From NCBI GenBank assembly GCA_001179505.1, contig CDMY01000387.1, positions 26,326 through 90,325 of the forward strand: 64,000 bases of DNA. The letters run 5' to 3'. A program made the position numbers and the translations under genes. The stretch is from Vitrella brassicaformis CCMP3155 (lineage: Eukaryota > Protista > Chromerida). The notes beneath the pieces were generated by a model. The model was not told the origin of the DNA. It ran no database searches and worked only from the letters and a program-made list of their open reading frames with translations. Positions 1 to 11,700 of the stretch are shown here, piece after piece. Positions within the stretch are counted from its first letter, which is position 1; each line of letters begins with the position of its first letter.

Positions 1-15
1 GTGTATTCCCTGCAG

Positions 16-1145
16 ATCCATTCGTTCCCTCGAGGGCGCCAGTCGTTCGGCATCCCTTCACTCCTCTCATGGGCACAATCCAACAGCTGCCAGGCAATCA
101 AGCACGCCGCACTCACTCACTCACTGACAGAGGCGTGTGTGTGAGTCCGCCTGCTTGTCGGTGCCATGTGTGTGTATCAGATTGAGTGGGGTTGTGACCA
201 CATGTGGCTGTCGTGCGAGAGCGACAAGACCGCCGTGTCATTCACTTCGCCTCCAGACCCCACGGCCGCACGCTTCATTGGTCAACTCGCAACCAAAGCC
301 GACAAGGTACCATCCCTCCCTCCTTCCCTCCCTCCCTCCCTCCCTCCATCCATCCATCCATTGATTGTCGGCAGGTGTCGTACCGTGGCGGCCTCTTAGC
401 TCTGCATGACGATTGGAGTGACCACCTCTACTTCCCCACCGCGACTAAGCTCCACATCGTCGCCACCAAGCCCTCCCGGGCCATCCCCAGCATGGCCCCC
501 TGGCTGGCCGACCAAGACGGCAGCGGCAAGAGCACCCGATTCCCCAACGTGACCGAGCTGGAGGTGGAGGTCGGCTGCATCCAGGGGATGGGAAGGGGGA
601 TGGGGCAGGAGGAGCGAGACGAGTACGAGCAGCGCCCGCCGCTTCCACACACCCTGGGGGCGCTGCTGGGGTCGCTCCGTCCACTGGAGGACGTTGAGGT
701 CAGGACCAGTAGCCTCGGCATAGTGAAGGAGGTCGTTTCGTGTCTGCCAGCTCGCGTGTCGAGCCTTTTCGTATTCTGTGCCGCGCGTCTGAGTGAGCTG
801 CCTGCCGATGCACCGGCTCTTGCCTACCCCCGCATCGACAGACTGATCATGAAGGCGGGCCGGGGAGAGGGGAACTCTCCCATGGATGAGGAGCCCCTCA
901 CGTCGTATGGAAATGTGCAGGGGTGCGTGAGGCTCATCTGTGCCATGCGGCCACTGGTTTTTAATCTGACTGCGTTGGCCGACATGTCTGGGGGGAAGGA
1001 GGAGTTCGTCAAGGGGTGTCTGAGTGGGTGTGAGAGGGAGGTAGAGGCGCTGTATTCGATCACGTTTCGGCGGATTGACGCGTATGAGAATACGTACCGT
1101 CTGACGGGCCACCTGCTGCAGGGGCCTGCCAGTGGTCATCGGTAG
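16..1145 (+). CDS. 5'-partial spliced gene, lineage-specific hypothetical protein (possibly degenerate LRR-like)
   Basis: Exons about 16-93, 181-306 (IEWGCDHMW...ATKADK, donor gtac) and 375-1145 (VSYRGGLLALHDDWS...GHR*), separated by AG/GT(GC)-bounded, microsatellite-rich introns. No recognisable domain. Confidence 0.6.
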
Positions 1146-1389
1146 CTAGGCAGGACGTACGTGGGTGGGGTGGGGGTGTGTAGCTAGAGGTGTGTCAGTG
1201 AGGTACAGCGGGGGGTGGATCGGAGGTGTTGTGATGGCTGCTGCATGAGGTGAATGGGATGGGATTCACACGTGCCTGTGGTCCATCCATATCTGCTGCC
1301 TTGCCTGTAGATCTCTGTATGTCTTCTGTACACACCTATACATACGTACACACATCCATGCCATGCGCCCCCCTCCCCCCTCCCCCCCT

Positions 1390-2034
1390 TCACTCTCCTT
1401 GTCTCCTCTCTATATCTACATCTGTCCTACGGGTTGACTGGCTGTGGTCGTGGGTGCCCCGGACGATGGGTGATTGACTGCCTGCCTTGTCCTCGGCCTC
1501 CTTGTCGTTCTGGGCACCCTTCATCTCGTCGCACATGTCGGGGATGTTGTACTTGGACTGGAAGTCCGTGATGATCGTCCAGTCATCACCTGACCGACCA
1601 CCACACAGACACACACACAAGATGAAGGGATGGATGGATAGATGATCTGTGTGTGCCCCTGCCCGCCCCTGCTTACCCAGGTAGTCCATTGCCACAACGT
1701 ACACGTGGTGCGCCTCTGGTTCTCCATCCACCCTCAGCACGCCTTGTTTGGCTCCATCGAAATAGGGCCGCACGAACGGCGTGTCCAGCCACTTGTCCTC
1801 ATCATGACCGACACACTGGGCCACATGCACGAGCCGGTTGCTCTCCCGCCGCGCGTCGTCCTGGTGCGGAAACAGCTTGAAGGCAACATGCTGTCTGCCG
1901 TCTGCAGCGTCCAGCACTCATACGTCCCCAAACGCGCCATTGCCGCCTGGCAGTTCCCACACGTCAAAGCTGTCCGTCCGTCCATCGCGATAGATGTCGA
2001 GTGCACCTCTGTGGCTGTCATCTGCCGTGGCCAT
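1390..2034 (-). pseudogene. Protein kinase N-lobe remnant with in-frame TGA
   Basis: ATG at 2034 reads ...PGGNGAFGDV*VLDAADGRQHVAFKLF...VVAMDYL: Gly-rich loop, VAxK lysine and hinge-like MDY. TGA at 1920-1918. No HRD/DFG found downstream. Confidence 0.65.
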
Positions 2035-2075
2035 GCGTTTAAAAGCGTGCTGGGAGGTAGGGGGAGGGCGACGAC

Positions 2076-2083
2076 TGCGAGCT
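2076..2083 (+). promoter_or_regulatory. TGCGAGCT candidate promoter motif between the kinase pseudogene and the TRF-like gene
   Basis: tgcgagctcag, 42 nt from the ATG at 2034 and 50 nt from the ATG at 2133. Confidence 0.55.
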
Positions 2084-2132
2084 CAGAGATATCGAATGCA
2101 AGCTCATCAGAAGGTCAGAGAAGGGCAATGAA

Positions 2133-4207
2133 ATGAGGAAAGCGGAGCCCAAGGACAAGAGCAACAGGCCGCTAAGCAAAGCAACCACAGGTAGCTCCCC
2201 CGTTCTGCCATGGTTTGACACTCATCTCTGTGTCTGCAGCCTTGTTCGCATGGAGCATGCAGCGGCAGGGCGAGTCGGCCGACTGGCACATGGGCGCTAC
2301 CACGGACCTCTCACCATCGCTGAAAATCGCTGCGGCCATCAACGCAAGTAAGGCCATGAATGCACGAGTGTCGGAGGCAAGAGGGCAGTGCAGACGACCG
2401 CATGCAGCCAGATTAAGGCCTCTCGTGTGTTGGTGCTTGATGTGTGTGGTTGCAGCCGTGGCTGAGATGCCCGGCGCGACGGATCTGTGTGCGGCGGGAT
2501 CTTCCCGCGATGAGTCAGCCGAGAGAAACCTCGAACAGGTGAGGAGGGCATTGCTATGATGGCCACATGCACCTGTGTGTTATGTCGTGTCTTGTGTCCT
2601 GCACCAGCAACTCGTCCTCTACCACCTGGCACCCAACAACACGTAAGTAAGGCGGCCGTCCGACGGACGCTGATGCGAACAAGACCATTGTCCTCTGTCA
2701 TGTTCGGTCAGCGCCCCCATGGATGATCGCATCGTTCTTGCTGAGCGTCTCGGGGCGAAGCTGCGGCCATCTGTGAGGGAGGGGGAGCTTTACCGGTCAT
2801 TTCTATGCGCGTATAGGCTCATGGTGGGCAGACAGGGAGGCAGGCCGCAAGGCAGACCGAGGAAGACCCACCACGGACATGGCATGGCACCTCTGGCCTG
2901 GCAGGGTGCGTTGGAGACGATTGTTGACGAGCGTGCGTCAAGACTGTTCACTTCGGAGGAGGCGGACGAGTTGCTCAACCCCGTGGCAAGCGAGTGCCCA
3001 GACGAAAGCACTGTGGAACAAGGGTGGGCAAGATGCACCAAAAGACGTACGTCGACGAGTGTGTCTGCACTGCATGTTATGTTGGGCATGGCGTGGTGTC
3101 TTGGATCAGCATTCGTTTGTTGAGTAAGTTGGCGACTACTGAGAAGGACACCAAGGAGGAGGACCAAGCGCACGTCACCCATGTCAAAGAGGAGTGTGAC
3201 AAGGTACGCACGCACGCACGGAGGTCTCCCGCAACGCAAGTCTCCATGCATTCATTCATTCTGCAGATATGGCGGCAGGCGTGTTCGGATTTCCTGACCG
3301 ACATGTCCACGGAGTGCCCTTCCGTACTCTCCAAAGTGAGTGACATTGATAAAAACCCGCACCGTTTCCTTCGCCCACGGCCTCATCTCATGACTCCCTC
3401 CCTCCGTGTGCGTGTGTGCAGGTGTTTGAGAAGGGCGTGTACCGAGATGTGTGTAAGCAAGTCAAGGAGGGCGGTGCTGGTGCTGACGGGGGACGGCAGG
3501 GAGGCCGTGGTGGCGGGGCATTGGAGGGGGAGGGGGAGGGTGAGCACCAGCAGCAGGAGGATAAGAAGCAGCCGCGTATTGAGCAACAGCCCCGGATACC
3601 CCAAGACCCCTTTGCAGAGATCAAGCAACGTGAGCCGCCACACAGCGAAAGCCAACAGTACACTGACTGATATATCTGTGTGCTACGTGGGTGTCCCTGT
3701 GTGCAGCGATGGTGCGCCGGCCGCTCGTGAGGCGGAAGCAGAAGCGGCCCAGGGACGAGGGTGAGTAACCACCCACAAGGAGAGGCTGCACCGCACCGTG
3801 TGCACCGCTTGTGTTGTTGGCCACCGTGTACTTACCTGCAGACACACTAGACGTGCAACGCAGCGAACCGTTTCTGCATTGGGAGGTAAACGAATCGCCC
3901 CTGGCTCAACAGCTGTTGATCTGTCATGATGGGCTAGGTTGACAGTTTGCTGGCGGGGCTGAATCGCTTCGGCCAGGGGAGATGGGAGGAGATCCTATCA
4001 GTACGCCGCCACACAGCCATAGCTATAGCTACCCGAACGCACCCCCAGAACAAGCCTCCTTTACTCGTGCAGGTTTACCCGTTTCGGAGGCGCACGACTG
4101 CCGACCTGCGCGAGGCGTTCCGGCGTATGATGGCTCAGGGCGACATCGTGAGCAGCAACGGGCGGTTCAAGATACGTGACGCCAAGGAGGAGCAAAAGGA
4201 CGACTAG
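2133..4207 (+). CDS. TRF-type (telobox-like) single C-terminal Myb domain protein, about 11 exons
   Basis: The spliced last exons give EPFLHWEVDSLLAGLNRFGQGRWEEILSVYPFRRRTTADLREAFRRM, which aligns with the TRF1/TRF2 Myb (L..GV..YG.G.W..IL..Y.F..RT...LKD.WR). The N-terminal part is helical and assembled by eye. Confidence 0.7.
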
Positions 4208-4839
4208 CCGCGGGCAGCCAATGCACTGCCTGGGTGGTGTGCAAAGCTTGGAGATGTCTTGACGTCTTTGCCACGGCTGGTGGTCTGTCTGACTCGTACG
4301 TGGGGCGCGGCGCGTGTATAGTGCAGATGGATGGATGGATGCGTGTGTGTGTGTGATATGGATCGATGCGATGGATGGATGGATGTAATGATCGCACAAT
4401 GAGTGGGATGAACGGCGATTGATTGACTGACTGGCCGACCGATTGTGTGCATAGCGTACGGCGTGGATGTGTTGATAGCAAAGTGCATGGTATGGTGTAC
4501 TACGACGCACCCACTCATGAAAAGAAGAAAGAAACGTTTACGTATGCACAACATTGACGGGCAGGCACATATTGGAAAGGTCTGTCTGTCGCTGCACACC
4601 CACACACACACGCAGGGCATACACAGAGGCAGGCAACCAACCCACGGCACGCAGCATGGCCTCTTCGTTCTAAACTGACGGATGGATGCCAACACCACCA
4701 CAAACACTCACGCATGAACTCACGCAACGATAGACAGACAGACAGACAGACAGAAGGTATGGAAATAAGCAGGGACATCCGTATATCAGACAGGGAGTGG
4801 AGTGAGTCAGAGAGGGGGATGGGTGAGCCAGCCTGTCTG

Positions 4840-6498
4840 TCATGGCCCTGCTGCTGCCGCTGCTTTGGCCTCGGCATACTTGTACTGAGGCAGCTGTGCA
4901 CGCTTCTCCTCAGGAGATATCTGAAACACACACACAGACACACAGACAGACACACATGCCCGACGGAACTTGCTCGTCTGTCTGTGTGTGGTGTCTGTTT
5001 CCTTGGTTACCCACCTCTTCATCTTGGTACACCCATCGCGGTCCCCTCCCCTCCCCGCCCTCAGCAGAAGCAACCTATGCACACACGAACAAAAGACAGA
5101 CAGCCATGAAACCCTCATCATTCCTCTACACGTCGTCACTCACCGCGGCCTCGCCGTTGGTCTGTGCGGGTGCCGTCATGCCAGGTGGCGTCAGCCCCGG
5201 GGGCATCCCCAGGCCCCCAGGCATCCCCATCCCCGGCCTCATCGCAGCAGCGGGCGGCACCAACCCTGGCGCGGCCCCCATGGCTGGCGGCACCATCCCG
5301 GCTGCTGGGGTGGGCAGTCGCGGGACCATCCCCATGGCACCTATCATGGGCATGGTGGGCATGGTCGGCCGCATGAAGCCCCCCATCATGGCCGGATACG
5401 CACCGCCAAACGGAAACGCGCTCGGCATCGCAGGAGCTGCACACACACACACACACACACACACAAAAGAGAAGCAGAAGGGGAACGATTTGAGACGGAT
5501 GTGGTGTGGTGTGATGTGGGTCAGACAGGACAGAGAGGAGGGCAGTCTAGGAGTCATGAATGCATCATGCAGCAGGTGGAGTGAGTGAGTGAGTGTCATT
5601 CTGGCTTGCGTGCCTGGTGGATAGGGAGAGGGGTGGAGGAAGCGACCCAAATTGGGGTCGGTCTTGGCCAGGACATTGCCGGAGCGCGACATGCCCTCTC
5701 TCCCCGCCTGTCTGTCTGTCTGTCTGTCTGTCTGTCTGCTCCCCTGCCTGTCTGCCGACTGTCAGATCATTCGTGCGATCGATGTGTCAGTTACTTGACA
5801 GACGAAGGGAGTATGCCATGCGCTGGAGAAAAAAGGCCATCCGTCACCCGTCCATCCATCCCTCCATGTACCGCCCATGCATTGCACCCCACGTACCTCT
5901 ATCACGATGGATGCCCCGACCCCCCGCTTACTTGGCACTGCAGCAGGCATCATGGGCGGCACCACTGGCATACCGTTGGGCTGCGCACCGCCGCCACCAG
6001 CACCACCACCCCCCGGAGCGCCGCCCTTGTCGCCCCGGTCATGCAGGAACTCGGCGGGCACCCCCTCCATGCCGTGGACGATGACATCTGGGTTGTCGCG
6101 CCCATCCAGCGCATTCGGCACCTTGGTGATGGTCTCCTTGTGCACCTGAAGCATGTGCACCACCAAACCTGACCACACAGCACAACATACACCAAAGGTA
6201 CTGTCACATGCATCTGCAGAGCCTGATCCACTCTTGTGTCACTCACCTGTGGCGGTGTCGAGCTTGCGATGACACTGATGGCATTTGAAGTGCTTCGCCT
6301 TCTGGTGCTGGACCAGCACCTTCTCGTCGTCAAACTCACGGTCACAGTAGTAACAAAAAGGCTTCACTACATCAGCCTTTCTCTTCTTGCGTCCCCTGCA
6401 GACAGCAAAGCACACACGCAGACAAGGCAGACAGACAGGTGAGGCGTGGAATGAGACAGACAGATTCCTGCCATGCATAAAGACACACATACATACAT
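4840..6498 (-). CDS. ZNF207: BuGZ/ZNF207 (SUF4-like) zinc-finger protein
   Basis: [66 protein letters not shown], a Pro/Met/Gly-rich middle, and C-terminal [19 protein letters not shown]. Confidence 0.9.
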
Positions 6499-6567
6499 CG
6501 CTCAAGGGCACTCCCGTACGTTCCTCGTCCTTCACGTCGCGGAGGGAGCTGCAATTCGAGCTGCAGT

Positions 6568-6575
6568 TGCGAGCT
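6568..6575 (+). promoter_or_regulatory. TGCGAGCT candidate promoter motif between ZNF207 and the UBX gene
   Basis: ttgcgagctaag, 70 nt from the ZNF207 start; variant ttcgagctg at 6555. Confidence 0.55.
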
Positions 6576-6850
6576 AAGCGGAAGGGAAGAGCGCGGGCAG
6601 GGGGATGCTGAGCTGAAACGTGGTGAACCGCACACCCGTGCAGTGCAGTAACTCATGGATTCATAGATCTGCCGCCGAGAGACCGTCGGAGGTGTGCACG
6701 AGGGCCAGCAGCACAACGCAGGAAGGATTGCGTATGATTCATTCCGCTCCTTGTTCTGTTGTTGTTGCTGTTGTTGTTGTTGCTGCAGGTGACCCCGTCT
6801 TGATGATGAGTCGCTCTGCTTGAGGCTATCTATCACACCGTCTTCCAACG

Positions 6851-8498
6851 ATGCCGTCGCTCTCTTGGCATCTTCTCTGCATCTGGACGGCAGTGGTGGC
6901 CGCGGTGACAGTCATCAGAGCTGACCATGCTAGCAGAGGCAGTTACGCTCTTCGGAATGGCGACGCGCGGGCTGCAGCGCTGTTTCGGCCGAGGTGGCAT
7001 CAGAGAAGGGAGAGAGAGATCAGCGCTGTCCCTCCTCTGACCGAGGAGGACCCTGAGTGCAGCTGTGAAGGTGCCGGCCCTTCCCTTGACTCTGTCGTCT
7101 GTTTATCTGGCGGCAATCGGCAGCTACCCGGCATCCTGTCAGTGTGGCTACTGCCGTTCGCATGGATACGCAACCTGCTCGACCGTATCATCTATCGTGA
7201 CTACTACAGCGGCCAGGCAGCCAGCCGCGTCTTCCTTCACCAGCTCGACCACGACCTAAAGTCGCCCGCCCACCCGCGGCCACTGTTCTTTAAGGGTTCA
7301 TTCAAAGGTGCGCTCGACCACGCCAGGCAGACGTCGCGTTTTCTGCTGGTGTACATCCGGCCGGCGGCTGTGGCTGCCAAGAGGAGGGGAGGGCGGCGGC
7401 CCACCAATGTGGAGCAGGATGTACACTTCCTGACGCGAAGCCTGACGTCGTCTGAGGTGTGTCACTTTTTGGGCGAGCACTTTGTGTGCTGGGGTGCCAT
7501 CTCGAGCCAGCAGCAGGCTGGCAGGGCGCTGAGAGAGCTCAAGGTGCGATCCAAGCGGTTCCCCACTCTCATCATCGTGCACTCACCTGGTAAGTAAGGA
7601 GCGCTTCCCTTGTAAGCAACCATAGTACACGCGTGTGTCAAGCATGCATGCATGTTCTGCCTTCAGCCACCCCCGCCAGCCCTCTGAACCCCCCCGGCCC
7701 CCCCTCAATGCGGCCCTCGGTGCTGACGACCCACGCCTGCCGCCCCCCTCCCTCATCGGCACAATTCCTCAGCTGGCTCAACACCACCGCCAATGTGTAC
7801 GGGGCACGGCTGGACAAAGACAGGGCCGCCATGGCAGCATTCAGGAGACAGCGGGCACTCGCAAAGGAGCAGAGGGAGGCCTACAGAGAGGCGCTCAAGT
7901 GAGGAGAGAGAAGGAGGGTCGCTAGCTGATTGTGCCCATGGTGTGCGATTGGTACGTACAGGCGCGATCGAATGGCAGGTCATGAAAGGGAGGGGGCCAG
8001 CGAGGGTGCTGGCGAGCCGTTGGAGGACGGCAAGGGCACATTCGACCTTGCTGATGAACCAGAAGCGACGGCAAGGGACGTCGTGACACTATCAGTGCGG
8101 CTACCCGACGGCAGGTAAGGTGCCCAGACGCCGCCGTATGTTGGCATCGCGACGTGATCTGTGTCACGTATATGTCTTGCAGGCGGTTACGTCGGCGGTA
8201 TCGGCTGACAGCCAAATGGGAAGATGTGTACCAGTGGATAGCCAACAACTACCTCCCTGAAGACGCCGCCAATGCACCCCCTCCCCCGCAAGCCAACGGA
8301 ACATCCCTCCCCCAGCCACCCCCTCCCACCCCACGAGAGCTGGTGCGTCAGCTGCAGCTGAGCGTGGCTTTCCCACCTGAGGCCAGGATACGGCTGAGCT
8401 GGGCGAGCGACAGGGGAAAGCAGCTGCGGAGGTCTGGGCTGGGGAGGGGAAAGAGTGATGAGCGTAGGACGGCCATACTGCATGCGAAGATCGCGTGA
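6851..8498 (+). CDS. UAS + UBX domain protein (FAF2/UBXD8-like) with signal-peptide-like N-terminus
   Basis: HPRPLFFKGSFKGALDHARQTSRFLLVYI (UAS), a coiled-coil RRQRALAKEQREAYREAL, and VTLSVRLPDGRRLRRRYRLTAKWEDVYQWI (UBX). Four exons. Confidence 0.8.
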
Positions 8499-8723
8499 AT
8501 CGACGTGATTTGTGGTATGTGGCGTGATACATGGCTTTGTCGTGTTGTGGTCGAGTGAACTTGACTCGTGTGTGCGTCCGTCCACACATAGCTAGATGAA
8601 TTCGTCAGATGTGTCTAAAGTCCAATTCCACATCCATCCATGTATTTCACGAGCAAGTAAGGTCTGCAGCTGGACAGAGACACGCTGCTCTGATGCGATT
8701 GCGACATGTCTCTCTCCGTCCCT

Positions 8724-11700
8724 TCACATGTCTGTCGCTCGATTGGTCTCCAGTGTGGGGTCGGTGATGACATCACCCGCACAGTAGACAGTCGGTAGAG
8801 GCATCCCCTGAAGGAGGCAGGACGATACACTTCAGCGTGTCTCTGTTTGCTGTGTGGTCTGTCCCTCTGTCTCTCTCTCCCTACCGGCATCATGAACATG
8901 CCGCCTGCGAAAGCCTTGAAGCCCTGGCATGTATGAGTGTACCCCATACTGCTCATGGCCACCATGTACGTCCAGTCGACGCACGTAGTCATCTCCGTGG
9001 CAACGAGGAAGGCACAGTGGGCCTCAGTGATGCAGCTCTGACATGTAGGCAACGAAATCGGGGACAAAGGCAGCTCTCGTGGCACGCACGCACCCACCGT
9101 GATGTCTGTGAGCTGGTGGCACATCTGCGGCTCGTTGCTCGACGGCGGCTCACATGCATCCAGATGGTCCGACAGCTGAATGGCGTACTCCTCCTTCGCA
9201 ATCAGGTGGCTCTCAGTCTCTTGTATGGCGGATTGCAGCTCGTCAAACTGCTGAACGTAAGGCTCCAGCTCCACTGCATGGGAGGGCGTGACACGTCAGC
9301 CAAGGTGTTTCATTGCCGCTGTGTCTTCCCCACCTGCACACATTTCTTCATTGGAAGGGCACTCGCAGGGGCTGCGACAAAGGGGAAGCAGAGAAACGTG
9401 AAAGCAGTGGCAGCTGGCTTCTTTCAGCATCTCACCTGCATGCAGGGCATGGGGGTGGCACAGGCTCGACTGCGACACAGAGAAGAAGGAAGAGACACAA
9501 ACAGATGCTGCCATGTGCGGTCGTGATTTGCCTAATGGAGGGGTCCATTCGAAATCGCCGATGACCTGAAGGCAAAAACAGAGGGCAAGACTCTGCATGT
9601 TCCCGCATTTGCCTACCATCCAGGAGGCCTGCTCTTTTGCCGGATGACGCATATCACTGAGACGGGAAACAAGAAAGACAGGAAAGAGCTTGACATACTA
9701 AGAAGCGAGGCTCTCGTAAGGTATTACAGCGGCGAGCATTTCTCCTCCTGGATGAAGATCTCCGCAAATGTGTCCCCCCTCTTCTGCACGCGGAGCTCTG
9801 AACCGACACACCAATGAATGCAAGGTCTCTGCCCGTTGGTTCGTCGCTTACGCCCCACGTCTCCTCCGTTGAATGTCGCAATGTTCGCGAAGAAGTGTGC
9901 ATTCGGGATGGAGAAAGCGAAATCGATTCGATGGGTTTTCTCGGTCAGCTGGGTCGGCTGTCGAAGAGAAGGCATAGCCAACATCACAGCAAAGTCATTG
10001 GCACGCTGTCTTCCATACCGTGATGCCTCCATTGATGGACACACTGACAGTTGGTGTGGTCAGGATCGACTGCACAGGCTGAGAAAATGCGACGTAGCCA
10101 AGGACTGACAGGAACAGCCAACATAAGATCGGTAGCGTGTGCAGGCGCCTTCCTCCCTCCCCCACCTTCAGCCTCAAAGTCGGAAGGGTTCTTGGGGTCT
10201 CTGAGCTGCCTGCCTTGTGTCTCCAGCGCAACCTTGAAACCAGCAGGACTCAAGTCCTTGACCCGTTGCTTAAGAAACACGCGACCGGAGGCGTACGTCT
10301 GGACCTGCACTCGCACAGCATTTGGGGGCGATCACTTTGGTGCACGGTCACTCCGTACTTGAACGAGGAGGACGGGCGTCGACGTAAAGGTCGCCTCAGG
10401 TGGAAATGGCACCGGCACGAACTGCTTGTTGCCAGGGACCGACACCGTCCCAGCTGAAAGACACCATTCCCAGCAGATGGGGGATCGCCGGCTGTGCATG
10501 AATTGAGACCTTACCGGCGACAGTGAGGCCCTGAGGGATGGTTGTCACGAGCTTGTGCACGCCGCTCTCCACCACCATCCAGTCGATTGGGGTGCGAAGG
10601 TGCCACTGGTCGCGACACGGCGCCGGTTCGTCAAGCCTAAGCTCGAAGGAGCCAGGTTGGACATTGCGGATGCGCACCACCGCCTCCTGTCTGCCCCTCA
10701 TGTCAGGCACTCCCCCAATCACAACCGGCATTACGAACGAGCTCTTGGTCTGAACGGGTATCCAGGCCTTCACATCATTGTCTACACGACCCAACTCAAT
10801 TGGAAGAGGGGGCCCTTCAGCTGACAGACACACAGGAGCCAGCGCATCGGATCGGTTTGTCTGTCTCTTCCCCTCTGCCACCCCAGATGTCTCACTGACC
10901 CTCGGTTTGCATGAGGGAAATGGACGTGGTGTTGTTGGTTGTGTTGGCTGGTGGGGCAGGGGCCGACTCATTCTGGTGGGTTGAGGGCAGGGGGCATCCC
11001 CCGGCCGTTAGGCTGTCCTCGAGGCCCTTGATGGTGTTGTCCAGAGTGGATATTCGCTGCGTCTGCACGACGCAAACCAGGAAACATACACACATCTGGA
11101 GTGGCTGCCTCTGACCAGGTTTTGTGCGACAATGCCGAGATTCTGGTTGACAACCGACTACGGAACAACAAAACCGCCAAGCGAACATCTCTTTGGCGCG
11201 ACTCTCAAGCTTGTCGGTGCCCACCTTCTGATTGATCAGCCCACTGCAGTTTGCCGCCGGACACGCACAAGGCGCACACAATGGACATACCACCCGCTCG
11301 CAGCATTCATACTCGTATGACACCTTCTGCCCGGCTGAGCCTCTCTTCAGATGGAAGCTGTTTAGCCCTTCGTTGGCCTCGCACTCGAGGCGGTGCCTGT
11401 CGAGATGGAACCATGCCGCCGGGTCTGCAGAACCGCCGTCAGTCTCCATCGGGGTGTTGAGGGATCGGCAGCTGATTGCCGTCTGCTGCTCGGGCGTGTA
11501 TTGGCTCATGTTGGTACATTTGTACTCGTACCTGTGGCATGGGCCGACAGATAGATGGAGAAACCTGTCCTTGACAGGCTTACTGATATTGTCCCGAATG
11601 TGATCTCCTCAGGTGGACACTCGTGAGGACCTGCCAGGTCCAGGGAGAGAAAGGAGGATGTCTTCCCAGCCACCGCATGTATGCGGTCAAGTCTCACCCC

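Noticed and set aside
1918-1920. Selenocysteine or TGA-to-Trp recoding in the kinase remnant
   Set aside because: TGA is a normal stop in several neighbours (SQS, SLC12, RimP), no SECIS-like hairpin was noticed, and the C-lobe is missing anyway.
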